Of a stretch of 64,000 bases of DNA, positions 50,645-61,359 are shown in pieces. Origin of the DNA: a bacterium. Its GTDB lineage: Bacteria > Zixibacteria > MSB-5A5 > GN15 > FEB-12. The stretch is taken from NCBI GenBank assembly GCA_043811375.1, contig JBDRNJ010000004.1, positions 1-64,000 on the forward strand. The letters are read 5' to 3'. The notes below the pieces were generated by a model. It was not told where the DNA came from. It did no database searches and worked only from the letters and a program-made list of their open reading frames with translations. How positions within the stretch are numbered: position 1 is the first letter of the stretch; each line of letters begins with the position of its first letter. A program made the position numbers and the translations under genes.

Positions 50645-51790
50645 GTGCTGGAGAAGAAACACCTCGAGTTCCGGGAGAAAGTTCGCGCCTTTGCGCTTGA
50701 GCAGATCGAACCGGCTGCGACCCGGCTGGACCTCGAACAGAAATTCCTGGCCGAACATATTCAGCCGATGGCCGACCTTGGCCTGATGAGTATGCTCATC
50801 CCCGAAGAGTACGGCGGAGCAAAGGTTGACACTATCTGTTATTCGATCGCCGTGGAAGAACTGTCGCGTGTCTGTGGTTCGACCGGCATCACCATCGCCG
50901 CCCACAACTCGCTGGGAACCTACCCGGTGATCGCTTTCGGAACCGAAGAACAGAAAAAGAAGTACCTGCCGCGCGCCGCTGCGGGCGGACTGATGGCATT
51001 CGGTTTGACCGAGCCGGATGCCGGTTCCGATGCCGGCGGCACCCGCTCCTACGCCCGCAAGGAGGGCGATCACTGGATTATCAATGGCACCAAGTGCTTT
51101 ATCACGTCGGCTTCGCACTCCTTCGCTTCCGTCAACACCGCCAAGACCACCGATGACCCCAAAGACACCGCCATCACTTCCTTCATTATGGAGAAGGACT
51201 GGGACGGCTACAGTATTGGTAAGAAAGAAAACAAACTCGGCCTGCGCGCCTCGGATACGGCCTCGATGCACTTCGATGATGTCAAGGTCCCGGTGGAGAA
51301 CCAGTTGGGTGAAGTCGGGCACGGGTTCAAGCAGATGCTCAACACGCTCGATGGCGGGCGCATTTCTATCGGCGCTATGGCTGTGGGCCTGGCACAGGGA
51401 GCGCTTGACTGCGCTCTTAAGTACGCCTCCCAGCGAGTGCAGTTCGGTAAACCGATCGGGTATCATCAGGCTGTCGGTCACACTCTGGCCGACATGGCTA
51501 CCGAGATCGAAGCCGCCCGGCTGATTGTCTACGAGGCATCGCGGATGAAAGATATGGGCGGACGTTTCAGCCGCCACTCGGCGATGTGCAAGCTGTTTGC
51601 CTCCGAGGTCGGCACTCGCTGCGCCTTCAAAGCAATCGGTGTTTTAGGCGGTGTCGGCTGTCTGACCGGTGCTTACCCGGCCGAACGCATCTGGCGCGAC
51701 GTCAAGCTCTGCGAAATCGGTGAAGGCACATCCGAGATTCAGCGGTTGGTGATTGCACGGGATTTGCTCCAGTCGGTGAAGGGGAAATAG
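50645..51790 (+). CDS. Acyl-CoA dehydrogenase
   Basis: LTEPDAGSD, LDGGRI, RVQFGKPI and EIGEGTSEIQR motifs. Confidence 0.95.
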   Translation: MLEKKHLEFREKVRAFALEQIEPAATRLDLEQKFLAEHIQPMADLGLMSMLIPEEYGGAKVDTICYSIAVEELSRVCGSTGITIAAHNSLGTYPVIAFGTEEQKKKYLPRAAAGGLMAFGLTEPDAGSDAGGTRSYARKEGDHWIINGTKCFITSASHSFASVNTAKTTDDPKDTAITSFIMEKDWDGYSIGKKENKLGLRASDTASMHFDDVKVPVENQLGEVGHGFKQMLNTLDGGRISIGAMAVGLAQGALDCALKYASQRVQFGKPIGYHQAVGHTLADMATEIEAARLIVYEASRMKDMGGRFSRHSAMCKLFASEVGTRCAFKAIGVLGGVGCLTGAYPAERIWRDVKLCEIGEGTSEIQRLVIARDLLQSVKGK

Positions 51791-51962
51791 GTCAGTAAAA
51801 GACGTCGGAACCACAGGGGGGGCCGACCTGCGAATCTGAAGACATATCTGCAGGGAGAATACTTTTCAAAGGTTAATGCAACACTTGATTTGAAGCCAGG
51901 TCATGGTTCATTGATTGAGTGTAGATAAACCGTCAGAAATGTGTGACACAAAAACCAGTGTA

Positions 51963-53978
51963 ATGCAGAAAATATCAAAGGGACATGTAGTCGCAGCTGT
52001 TTTACTGCTACTGTTGATTCTGAAGTTTGTACAACTCGACAAAGACCCTCCTTTGTTCCACTTAGGATATAGTAACGCACTACTCACTGACCCATATCAT
52101 CTGACGTTCTTCGCAAGAAACGCCGTTCTCTATGGCGACTGGAATCCTTTCGACTCGCATCGTTGGGACTACAAAATAAACTCCCTTATTTCAGGTGTTT
52201 CATACCTGTTCTTCTTAGGTTTTAACGTGTCAAGAGTGACAGCTAATTTGGCGGCAGTGATACTGCAGTGTGGAGGATTTCTTTTTTTCATCCTTGGAAT
52301 CTATCGATTCCGCGGTTTGCGTGAAGTTGGTCTGGCTGCGTTACTCCTGCTTATCAACAGCTCGCTCTTTTTTTATGGGCGTCTGCCATTCCTGGAAAAT
52401 GGACTGATTTTTATTAGCGGTTTGACGTTTCTTATTTTTGTCAGATATCATAACCGATACTGGGGTCAATTCCTGTCGGGAGTACTTATCGCACTGGCAG
52501 CTTTAAGCGGTAAGCTTTTTGGCTTTATCTTGCTCGGACCTGTGCTCATCTCTTTGTTTTATATGTACCGTAAGCGAGTAGTTGTTCCGGTCGTGGTTAC
52601 AGTGGGTGGTTTGTTGATCGGTACGGCTACTTACATTCTAGCTTTCTACGGTAGACATGTATCGGCACTGGTGAGCTATTACAATCAACAATCGGTGGGG
52701 ACGTATGGTCTGCCTCCTGGATTTTCATCAATTGAGAATTTCTTTGTAATGCTGGTTACATATGGTAGTGAATCCGGCATCTGGCAGCACATGCCGTTCC
52801 TGCTCTTCTTGACCGCGGTAAGTTTTATATTAGTAACTATGGTTATTCCGTATACCGGAAAGCCCAAGATCGAATACCTGCCGGTGATTTTCTGTGCTGC
52901 GTGGCTTGCCAGCGGAATTCTCGGTCTTATGCCGTTTAATTATAGACCCTTGCGATACACATTGTTTCTCTATCTGCCGATTTCTGCAATTTGTGCATTC
53001 GGCATGCGGTTAATTATGGAAAAGAGAATGAAGCTTGGACTTCATTCTAAATGGATTTCTCTGACATCCGTATTTCTCGTGTGTTGGTATACAACTTTTC
53101 AAATCACCATATTGTTATGCTCGAGAGGCCGTAAGTTCTATGCGGGAACTGAGTACATTCTAGCTATGATGATAATCGCTATTGTGATCACGTTACTAAC
53201 GCTGATATGGCTTCGAAAAGACCATAAAGTGATTTCTAATCGTTTTTTGCAGATACCGTTTGGTGTGATATTTCTTTGGGTCATTGTCAATCAAGGGATC
53301 TATCTTTTTGATGGTCTTACAAAACCTGGGAGATACTTAGAACGGTACAATACAGAGCTTAGCCAGATCGTGAGTAAGAACGCTGTTATCACCGGACCTT
53401 TTACCCCGGCCCTCACAATAGACAATCGATTACAGGGGATTATCTATATGTTCGGCTTTTCAAATGTCGAGTACGGATTGTTTGAACGATTCCCGATATC
53501 GCACGTAGTCAGCGATCGTTCCAACTGGACTCGAGCATTGAAGGATTTCCCATTTTTGAAAACTGCTACGAAAATCGCTCAGATGGTGGTCAAGAATGAT
53601 GCAATAGACCTATATCGATTACCCCATACGGATGTCCCTTTGACTGATTTTGAGCAAGGGGTGATTTTGCTGGAAGGTGAATATCCGGAATCATCACTTG
53701 TCTATTTTGAGCGCTTCAGTGAAAAATACCCTGAGAATTTGCTGGGGAATATGCACTTGACTATGGCTCTCTATGTAAGTGATTCTACGGATAAAGCTAT
53801 TGTAATTCTCAATGAGTTGATAGACAGGCATCCTAATAACTACATGCTCCATGGCTTCTGCAAAGGATTTTACTACCGACTTTACAGAGATACTGAAGAT
53901 TCAAAATACCTTCAACTTTCACAGAGTCATGAACGTAAAGTGCGACAATTAAACCCCGATGTTCCTGGAGCACACTAA
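51963..53978 (+). CDS. GT-C fold (ArnT/PMT-like, GT39-type) membrane glycosyltransferase-like protein with C-terminal TPR-like region
   Basis: LLTDP...ARN first loop, YGRLPFLE, YRPLRY, more than 10 TM helices and a helical C-terminus. Visibly AT-rich. Start uncertain (51915, 51939 or 51963). Confidence 0.65.
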   Translation: MQKISKGHVVAAVLLLLLILKFVQLDKDPPLFHLGYSNALLTDPYHLTFFARNAVLYGDWNPFDSHRWDYKINSLISGVSYLFFLGFNVSRVTANLAAVILQCGGFLFFILGIYRFRGLREVGLAALLLLINSSLFFYGRLPFLENGLIFISGLTFLIFVRYHNRYWGQFLSGVLIALAALSGKLFGFILLGPVLISLFYMYRKRVVVPVVVTVGGLLIGTATYILAFYGRHVSALVSYYNQQSVGTYGLPPGFSSIENFFVMLVTYGSESGIWQHMPFLLFLTAVSFILVTMVIPYTGKPKIEYLPVIFCAAWLASGILGLMPFNYRPLRYTLFLYLPISAICAFGMRLIMEKRMKLGLHSKWISLTSVFLVCWYTTFQITILLCSRGRKFYAGTEYILAMMIIAIVITLLTLIWLRKDHKVISNRFLQIPFGVIFLWVIVNQGIYLFDGLTKPGRYLERYNTELSQIVSKNAVITGPFTPALTIDNRLQGIIYMFGFSNVEYGLFERFPISHVVSDRSNWTRALKDFPFLKTATKIAQMVVKNDAIDLYRLPHTDVPLTDFEQGVILLEGEYPESSLVYFERFSEKYPENLLGNMHLTMALYVSDSTDKAIVILNELIDRHPNNYMLHGFCKGFYYRLYRDTEDSKYLQLSQSHERKVRQLNPDVPGAH

Positions 53979-54047
53979 AATGGACGGGTGACGGGTGGCT
54001 CGCGGTGAGTTTCTGTTCCATTTTATACTCAGGTTATAGTAGGAACT

Positions 54048-54173
54048 GTAAACGCACCTCAAGAGGTGCGTCACCTGATTTGTCGGGTTTCTTGTCCCGC
54101 TGCGCGCGACCGCGGACCTACAAGACTTACACCCGGCAGAGACAATAGATGTGCCCTCGGCACCCGCTACGCG
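54048..54173. repeat. Cluster of REP-like palindromes
   Basis: Perfect dyad ACGCACCTC-AA-GAGGTGCGT (54052-54071), TGTCGGGTTTCT...GACCTAC, and CCGCTACGCG (reverse complement of the CGCGTAGCGG head). Confidence 0.65.
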
Positions 54174-54338
54174 ATTAAGGCGGCTTGCCGCTCGGAACTG
54201 CAGGGATCCCGATCTACGAATCTACCGGATATACCATAGTAACTACAACGCCCGCCACTTATCCCTTGATTAAACGCATCTCTGCCGTTTTCTTTGCGTA
54301 CCAAGACACAACCGATAGACCCTGACACCGAGGAATGA

Positions 54339-56642
54339 ATGAAAAAGTGGCCGGTCATTATCACCGCACTCCTGCTGCTCACGCCCGGCGCAGCGCTCTC
54401 GCAGACACCGGCCAAAGACACTCTGCGCGGAACGATCAAAGGCAGCGTCATCGATGCCGTGACGAAATCACCGATCATCGGGGCCAGTGTGCTGGTGGTC
54501 GGCAGCCAGCGGGGCGCCGCCACCGACGAACAGGGTGCGTTTACTATTTCCCGGGTGCCTGTCGGCAGCTACTCACTGACCGTGCGCAGCCTGGCCTATC
54601 ATCCACTTACCAAAACGGACATTATCGTCAGGCCCAGGAGAACCGCTTTCGTGACGGCGGAACTTCAGCACACTACGTTGGAAGTGGAAGGAGTCGAGGT
54701 GCGTGGCGGTTATTTCACCGAGTCGCCATCGCAACCGACCGGCGTGACCGGGTTTTCAGCGGAGGAAGTGCGACGCTCACCCGGCTCGGCCGGTGATGTC
54801 AGCCGGATTATTCGCATCCTGCCCTGCGCCGCCAAAGTCAACGACCAACTCAACAGCCTTGTAATCAGAGGCGGCAGTCCGGTAGAGAACGGCTTCTACC
54901 TGGACAATATCGAGATACCCAATATCAATCATTATCCCGTACAGGGATCATCCGGCGGTCCGATCGGGTTGCTGAATGTGGACTTTATCCAGGATGTTAC
55001 TTTCTCCGCCGGTGGTTTCTCGGCCATCTACGGCGACCGACTGTCATCCATCATGGACCTGAAGTTCCGCGAAGGCAACCGCGACGAGTTTGACGGTCAG
55101 TTGGATATCCACTTTGCCGGTTTCGGTCTGGCCGCCGAGGCGCCGATCGCAGGAGGGCGAGGTTCTTGGCTGTTTTCGGCCCGACGTAGTTTTCTGGATT
55201 TGCTGGTGGATGCTATCGGCACCGGCGTTGCTCCGCGCTACAGCGACTACCAGGGCAAGCTGGTGTATGATATTTCCCCTCAGAACAAGATTACGGTGCT
55301 GGGCGTCCTGGGCGTTGACTTCATTGAGTTTGAGAAAGAGCAGTCCGAAGAAGACGGCAACATAATCTACGGCAAGTGGGACGGCAACGAGTGGGCGGCC
55401 GGCATGAACTGGCGTTATCTCTGGGGCTCTCAGGGATACTCCAGTACGTCGCTGTCGTTTCTATCCACAACCTATAAGGGAATGATTTTCGAGACCAAGT
55501 CCGATCAGATATTGACCGGCGAAGACGCCGTCGAACAATCCGTTCAACTCAGAAACGTCAATGTCTATCAGATTAACGAAACCAACTACCTGGAATTTGG
55601 CGCCGAGGGTAAGATTATTACAAACGACTACGATCTCCTGGTTGGTAAATACACCAACGCTTTCGGCGATACTGTATCGGCTCTGATCCTCCACGAGCGG
55701 GTGGAGTCGCCCAAGGCCGGACTGTTTGCCAGTTACACGTTGCAGCCGATGAACCGGCTCAGCACCAGCCTGGGACTGCGCTACGATTATTTTGAGTACA
55801 ATAACCGCACCCACATTTCGCCCCGGTTTTCTTTTTCATATCAAGTTTCCCCGCGCTGGTCATTAAATGGTGCCAGTGGCATTTATAATCAGAACCTGCC
55901 GACCAGCCTGCTGGTACTACGAGAACGAAACCGGCAACTGAAAGACCCGATTGCCCGGCATTACATTCTGGGCGTCACCCATTTGCTGACCGAAGATACC
56001 AAGCTCACCCTGGAGGGTTATTATAAGGAGTACGATAACTTCCCGCTCGACACCAATCAGTCGGAGCTGTTCATAGCCGACGAAGTTTTCTACCGTGGCT
56101 TTTTTGGCACCTATGACGGGCTGGTCGACGAAGGCCGGGCGCGAGCCTGGGGCATTGAAGTGACTCTCCAGAAGAAGCTGGTGCGGGGGATGTACGGAAT
56201 GGTCAGCGGTTCGTATTTCAAATCTCGTTACCGCGACCTGGATGGAATCTGGCGTGATCGGGTGATCGACAATCGCTTTGTGTTCGGTGTCGAGGGCGGT
56301 TATAAACCGAACAACCGCTGGGAGTTCAGCGTACGCTGGATACTGGCCGGCGGTCCCCCGTATACGCCTCTTGATCTCGTTGCTTCCAGCGTCATCAACC
56401 GCTCTATTCTGGATAGCACCCGGGTCAACCAGGAACGGTATCCCGACTACCATTCGATGAACCTTCGGACCGACCGCCGTTTCCATTTCAGCGGCTCCAA
56501 CCTGATACTTTATTTCTCGGTCTGGAACATCTACAACCGCCGGAACGTCTCGACCTACTACTGGAATGAGATTGAGCAGAAACAGGACGCCCTTTACCAG
56601 TGGAGCCTGCTGCCGGTTCTGGGAATGGAATTCGAGTTTTAG
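54339..56642 (+). CDS. TonB-dependent receptor with N-terminal carboxypeptidase-regulatory-like domain
   Basis: Signal peptide, GTIKGSVIDA...GAATD, plug IRGGSPVEN / GGFSAIYGDRLSS, WNIYNRRN and terminal FEF. Confidence 0.9.
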   Translation: MKKWPVIITALLLLTPGAALSQTPAKDTLRGTIKGSVIDAVTKSPIIGASVLVVGSQRGAATDEQGAFTISRVPVGSYSLTVRSLAYHPLTKTDIIVRPRRTAFVTAELQHTTLEVEGVEVRGGYFTESPSQPTGVTGFSAEEVRRSPGSAGDVSRIIRILPCAAKVNDQLNSLVIRGGSPVENGFYLDNIEIPNINHYPVQGSSGGPIGLLNVDFIQDVTFSAGGFSAIYGDRLSSIMDLKFREGNRDEFDGQLDIHFAGFGLAAEAPIAGGRGSWLFSARRSFLDLLVDAIGTGVAPRYSDYQGKLVYDISPQNKITVLGVLGVDFIEFEKEQSEEDGNIIYGKWDGNEWAAGMNWRYLWGSQGYSSTSLSFLSTTYKGMIFETKSDQILTGEDAVEQSVQLRNVNVYQINETNYLEFGAEGKIITNDYDLLVGKYTNAFGDTVSALILHERVESPKAGLFASYTLQPMNRLSTSLGLRYDYFEYNNRTHISPRFSFSYQVSPRWSLNGASGIYNQNLPTSLLVLRERNRQLKDPIARHYILGVTHLLTEDTKLTLEGYYKEYDNFPLDTNQSELFIADEVFYRGFFGTYDGLVDEGRARAWGIEVTLQKKLVRGMYGMVSGSYFKSRYRDLDGIWRDRVIDNRFVFGVEGGYKPNNRWEFSVRWILAGGPPYTPLDLVASSVINRSILDSTRVNQERYPDYHSMNLRTDRRFHFSGSNLILYFSVWNIYNRRNVSTYYWNEIEQKQDALYQWSLLPVLGMEFEF

Positions 56643-56661
56643 ACGAGGCACCAACGAGCAT

Positions 56662-56690
56662 TTGACTATCCCCCGGTTGCTGCGTATATT
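56662..56690 (+). promoter_or_regulatory. hutU promoter
   Basis: TTGACT-N17-TATATT followed by an AAGGAG RBS. Confidence 0.65.
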
Positions 56691-56716
56691 CGGTTCCATG
56701 CTTAAGGAGTAGGGCA

Positions 56717-58369
56717 ATGAAACCGAAGAGTGTCAAGGCCGCCCACGGCACGAAATTATCTTGTAAGGGATGGCACCAGGAAGCCGCCCTGCGAATGCTC
56801 AACAACAACCTCGACCAGGAAGTGGCCGAGAAACCAGAGGAGTTGATCGTCTACGGCGGCTCCGGTAAAGCGGCCCGCAACTGGGACGCCTACCAGGCCA
56901 TCGTCAAAGCGCTCAAGTCGCTGAAGAACGATGAAACTCTTTTAGTACAATCAGGTAAACCGGTCGGGATATTCCAAACTCACGACTATGCCCCACGGGT
57001 ACTGATCGCCAATTCCCACCTGGTACCGGCCTGGGCTACCTGGGAAAAGTTCAGGCAACTGGAAAAGCTGGGCCTGATCATGTACGGCCAGATGACGGCC
57101 GGAAGCTGGATTTATATCGGCACCCAGGGGATTATCCAGGGGACCTACGAGACGTTTGCCGCTGCCGGTGTTCAGCATTTTGGCGGCGACCTGGCCGGCC
57201 GGTGGATTCTCACCGGCGGCATGGGCGGCATGGGCGGCGCTCAACCGCTGGCGGCCACGATGGCCGGTGCCTCGGTGTTGGTGGTTGAGGTCGATGAAGC
57301 CCGTATAAACCGCCGTATCAAGACCGTTTTCTGTGACGTCAAGGTCAAGCGGCTGGACAAAGCCCTGAGCCTTATCAAGGAACACCAGAAATCCAAAGAG
57401 CCGATATCGATCGGACTGGTCGGCAACTGCGCCGAGATTTTCCCGGAAATCTTCAGACGCGGCATCGTCCCCGACATGGTCACCGACCAGACCTCGGCCC
57501 ATGACGAACTGAACGGATATATTCCCGAGGGCCTGACCGTCACCGAGTCCGACCGCCTGCGCAAAAAGGACCCGCGCAGCTATATCGAACGGTCCTATGA
57601 ATCGATGGTCAAGCATTGTGCGGCGATGCTGAAATTTCAGAAAGCCGGTTCTATCGTTTTTGACTACGGTAACAACCTGCGTGGGCAGGCCAAATCGGCC
57701 GGTCTGAAAAACGCCTTCGACTATCCCGGTTTTGTGCCGGCCTATGTCCGTCCACTTTTCTGTGAAGGTAAGGGCCCCTTCCGTTGGGTGGCGCTGTCAG
57801 GTGACCCCAGGGATATTGACGTCACCGATCAGATTATCCTGAAGCATTTCGCACACAACAAGTCGCTGGTGCGCTGGATTGAAATGGCACGGGAAAAGAT
57901 TCCCTTCCAGGGTCTGCCGGCACGCATCTGCTGGCTGGGTTACGGCGAGCGAGCCAAGTTCGGCGATATCATCAATGACCTGATTAAAAAGGGCCGAATC
58001 TCGGCACCAATCGTCATCGGTCGCGATCATCTCGACGGCGGCAGTGTCGCCTCCCCCAATCGTGAAACGGAAGCCATGCTCGATGGTTCCGATGCCATTG
58101 CCGACTGGCCGCTGCTTAATGGTCTGCTCAATGCCGTCTCCGGAGCCAGTTGGGTTTCTATCCACCATGGCGGCGGGGTGGGGATCGGCAATGCCATCCA
58201 CGCCGGACTGGTGATTGTCGCCGACGGAACCAAAGAGATGGCGGTTCGCCTTAACCGGGTTTTGACCAATGATCCCGGCACCGGAGTCATGCGGCATGTC
58301 GATGCCGGTTACAAAGATGCAACCGGTTTTGCCCGGAAGCACAAGATCAAGATCCCCACAATGAAGTGA
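56717..58369 (+). CDS. hutU: Urocanate hydratase
   Basis: [43 protein letters not shown] and HHGGGVG motifs. Confidence 0.98.
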   Translation: MKPKSVKAAHGTKLSCKGWHQEAALRMLNNNLDQEVAEKPEELIVYGGSGKAARNWDAYQAIVKALKSLKNDETLLVQSGKPVGIFQTHDYAPRVLIANSHLVPAWATWEKFRQLEKLGLIMYGQMTAGSWIYIGTQGIIQGTYETFAAAGVQHFGGDLAGRWILTGGMGGMGGAQPLAATMAGASVLVVEVDEARINRRIKTVFCDVKVKRLDKALSLIKEHQKSKEPISIGLVGNCAEIFPEIFRRGIVPDMVTDQTSAHDELNGYIPEGLTVTESDRLRKKDPRSYIERSYESMVKHCAAMLKFQKAGSIVFDYGNNLRGQAKSAGLKNAFDYPGFVPAYVRPLFCEGKGPFRWVALSGDPRDIDVTDQIILKHFAHNKSLVRWIEMAREKIPFQGLPARICWLGYGERAKFGDIINDLIKKGRISAPIVIGRDHLDGGSVASPNRETEAMLDGSDAIADWPLLNGLLNAVSGASWVSIHHGGGVGIGNAIHAGLVIVADGTKEMAVRLNRVLTNDPGTGVMRHVDAGYKDATGFARKHKIKIPTMK

Positions 58370-58509
58370 GGGACCAACGATCGACACCGGAGAAGATCAC
58401 ATCCGACACCAGCCGCATATCCCGGATACAAACGCAATTCCAGCGGGACCGCTGTACACCGGGGTTAAAATTGCGTTGATCGGTCCAACCCAACAACTAT
58501 ATTGATATA

Positions 58510-59778
58510 ATGTTACCGGAAAAACGCGCTACACTGTTAGTCAAAAACATAGGTCAGTTGATTACCATGGCTGGTCCCGTTCCTCGCCGCGGCGACCAGA
58601 TGCAAGACCTTGGTCTGATCGAAAATGGCGGAGTGGCTCTCGCCGGGGAAGAAATCCTCGCGGTGGGCAGGTCCGATGATGTGGAGGGCCGCGTGCCTCT
58701 GGCCGAGGGCTGCACGGTTATCGATGCCGCCGGAGCCGTTGTAACACCCGGTCTGATTGATCCGCACACCCACCCCGTCTTCTCCATGACCCGCGAGAAA
58801 GAATTCGAGATGCGGACCCAGGGGAAATCTTACATGGAGATCGCCCAATCCGGCGGCGGCATCCGCTCATCGGTACGCGACTTAAGAACTACATCGACCA
58901 CAGTTCTCCGGGAGCAAACCAGGAAACACCTCGACCGCCTGCTTCGCCACGGTGTTACCACCATTGAGGCCAAGTCCGGCTATGGCTTGTCCACGGAATC
59001 TGAGATCAAACAGCTCGAAATCATCCGTGAGATGAACCGTTCACATCCACTTGACCTGGTACCCACCTTCCTGGGAGCACACGAGGTGCCGGATGAGTAT
59101 CGCGACCGGCGCCAGGACTATGTTGACCTGGTAGTGAACGAAATGATTCCGGCAGTTGTTCTGGAGGGTCTGGCGGAATTCTCGGATGTTTTTTGCGAAG
59201 AAGGTGTTTTCGACATCGAGCAATCGCACCGCATCCAGCAGGCTGCTGCCAGAGCCGGTCTGAAACTCAAGTTCCACGCTGATGAACTGAAATCGACCGG
59301 AGGAGCCGAACTGGCGGCTTCTCTCAATGCCGTTTCGGCCGACCACCTGGTGCACATTTCGGATAACGGTATCAGCGCTCTGGCCCAATCAGGTACGGTG
59401 GCGGTTTTGCTGCCGGGTACCACTTTCTCTCTGGGCGGCAGGCGGTATGCTCCGGCTCGCAAGTTAATTGAAGCCGGAGTTGTGGTGGCTCTTTCTACCG
59501 ACTGCAATCCCGGCTCCAGTTTCACCGAATCGCTGCCATTTATTCTGTCCCTGGCAGCTGTTCAGATGAAACTCACTGCCGCCGAAGCATTGACAGCCGT
59601 AACGGTCAATGCCGCCTGCGCCATTGACCGGGGTGGTGCTGTCGGTCAATTGGTGGAGGGTCTGCCGAGCGACCTGGTAATCTGGGATATGGCCGACTAC
59701 CGCGAATTGCCCTACCATTACGCGGTCAACCTGGCGCTGACGGTCATCAAAAGAGGTAAAGTGGTTGCGAACAACTGA
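58510..59778 (+). CDS. hutI: Imidazolonepropionase
   Basis: PGLIDPHTH, EAKSGYGL, FLGAH, DVFCE, HADEL, SADHL and TDCNPGSS motifs. Confidence 0.97.
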   Translation: MLPEKRATLLVKNIGQLITMAGPVPRRGDQMQDLGLIENGGVALAGEEILAVGRSDDVEGRVPLAEGCTVIDAAGAVVTPGLIDPHTHPVFSMTREKEFEMRTQGKSYMEIAQSGGGIRSSVRDLRTTSTTVLREQTRKHLDRLLRHGVTTIEAKSGYGLSTESEIKQLEIIREMNRSHPLDLVPTFLGAHEVPDEYRDRRQDYVDLVVNEMIPAVVLEGLAEFSDVFCEEGVFDIEQSHRIQQAAARAGLKLKFHADELKSTGGAELAASLNAVSADHLVHISDNGISALAQSGTVAVLLPGTTFSLGGRRYAPARKLIEAGVVVALSTDCNPGSSFTESLPFILSLAAVQMKLTAAEALTAVTVNAACAIDRGGAVGQLVEGLPSDLVIWDMADYRELPYHYAVNLALTVIKRGKVVANN

Positions 59779-59811
59779 CCATGTCGGACGTTTAAGAAGA
59801 GGATAATAATT

Positions 59812-60303
59812 ATGCCGGCGCGATACCTGCTACCACCGCTGAGTCTGTTGTTGCTGTTGGTCGGTGCCTGTGGCGTCTATACCTTCAATCCGAAAGGTAA
59901 ATCTACCGTCAGCAACATTGCAATCGAGAGGTTCGAGAACCGGACTACGGAATTCGGCCTGGCCGACCAGATGACTGATGTCGTGATCGACGCCCTTATT
60001 GCCGATGGGAACCTGAAGGTGGTTTCCTCCGACAACGCCGACGCCGTTCTGACCGGAGTGCTGGTCCAATACGAACGAAAACCGTACGAGTATGACCAGA
60101 ATGACGTCGTCGAAAGCTACTATATCGAAATGGAGTTTGAAATAGCTCTGAAGAATCCGCGTGCTGAGTCCGAAATCTGGAAAGAGAAGATGAGTCAGCG
60201 AGGAATATACCAGGTGGCGACTGAAACGGAAGAGGACGGTCGGCAGAAAGCGATCGAACTGCTGGTTGAAGCCATCATCAACAAAACTACCAAAAGCTGG
60301 TAG
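59812..60303 (+). CDS. lptE: LptE-family lipoprotein
   Basis: Lipobox VGAC-G, FENRT..GL, ADAVLTG and terminal W. Confidence 0.75.
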   Translation: MPARYLLPPLSLLLLLVGACGVYTFNPKGKSTVSNIAIERFENRTTEFGLADQMTDVVIDALIADGNLKVVSSDNADAVLTGVLVQYERKPYEYDQNDVVESYYIEMEFEIALKNPRAESEIWKEKMSQRGIYQVATETEEDGRQKAIELLVEAIINKTTKSW

Positions 60304-60367
60304 GCAAATCAACTACGGTACGAGTTAACAAATGCTCCGGCGAACCAGGAACGGTAAATGATTGACA

Positions 60368-60396
60368 TTGACAGACAACACCCGGGTTGCTATCAT
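60368..60396 (+). promoter_or_regulatory. Promoter for the porV-like gene
   Basis: TTGACA-N17-TATCAT. Confidence 0.65.
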
Positions 60397-60416
60397 CCAA
60401 CCGGCAGTAACTGAAG

Positions 60417-61358
60417 ATGAGACATTATATTCACAGCACCGTCCTACTGGCACTACTGGCTCTGTGCCTGCCTATATCGGCTCGGGAAACCAACTCCCGA
60501 GTCGGAACCAGTTCCTTTCCCTTCCTGAAAATCAATGTCAGTGCCAGGGCCGTTGGTATGGGTGGCGCCTTTACCGGGCTGGCCGACGATGCCTCGGCTC
60601 TTTATTACAATCCGGCCGGCATCGCTTCTTACTCGGACAAACAATTTGTAGCCGGTTATCATAATTACTTCGTGGATATTCAGTCCGGTTTTGTAGCCTA
60701 CACCACACCCGTGACCGAACGCCTGTACATCGGGGCCTGGGCAAGTTACCTCAATTTCGGCGAGTTCATCGAAACTAATATAAGCGGTGACATAATTGAT
60801 AACTTCTCCGGCGGCGACCTGATGACAGCTTTTACGGTAGCCTTAAAACATAACCGCAGTTTCAGTTACGGCGGCACTGTCAAGGCTATCTACGAAAAAG
60901 TTCACGATTTCTCTGCCTCCGGGATCGCAGTTGATCTGGCCGTCAAGTATTCCAGTGATCGAGATCGTTACAGCGCCGGTTTGATGGTACAGAACCTGGG
61001 CCGGCAGCTTTCAGCCCTGGGAACAGAAAAATACCGACTGCCACTGATGGTGAGAGCCGGCGGCGCCATGCGGCCCCGGTCGATTCCCGTTGTGGTCGCC
61101 GCCGATGGTATCTTCATGGTGGACAACAACCCGGTTGTCGCACTGGGAATCGAGTATTTCGAGTTCCAACCGTTCTACGCCAGGATGGGATGGAACAGTT
61201 TTGGCTCTAATTATCGTGGTGCTGATTCCGACGACGTCTGGGCCGGTTTCTCAATGGGGGTGGGATTCGATCACAATCAACTGCACATAGCCTATGCCTA
61301 CTCCCCGGCCGCTGATTTGGGTGCCAGCCACCGGGCAACTGTGACATGGAGCAGATGA
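60417..61358 (+). CDS. PorV/PorQ family outer membrane protein
   Basis: FLKINVSARAVGMGGA...DASALYYNPAG, and QNLG. Confidence 0.85.
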   Translation: MRHYIHSTVLLALLALCLPISARETNSRVGTSSFPFLKINVSARAVGMGGAFTGLADDASALYYNPAGIASYSDKQFVAGYHNYFVDIQSGFVAYTTPVTERLYIGAWASYLNFGEFIETNISGDIIDNFSGGDLMTAFTVALKHNRSFSYGGTVKAIYEKVHDFSASGIAVDLAVKYSSDRDRYSAGLMVQNLGRQLSALGTEKYRLPLMVRAGGAMRPRSIPVVVAADGIFMVDNNPVVALGIEYFEFQPFYARMGWNSFGSNYRGADSDDVWAGFSMGVGFDHNQLHIAYAYSPAADLGASHRATVTWSR

Positions 61359-61359
61359 C

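Noticed and set aside
49814..51577. 587-aa antisense ORF, and similar long antisense ORFs at 3432-4436, 12347-13702, 16424-17443, 17480-18589 and 32782-33837
   Set aside because: These are shadow frames opposite well-supported genes, expected from GC-rich codon bias, and show no recognisable motifs.
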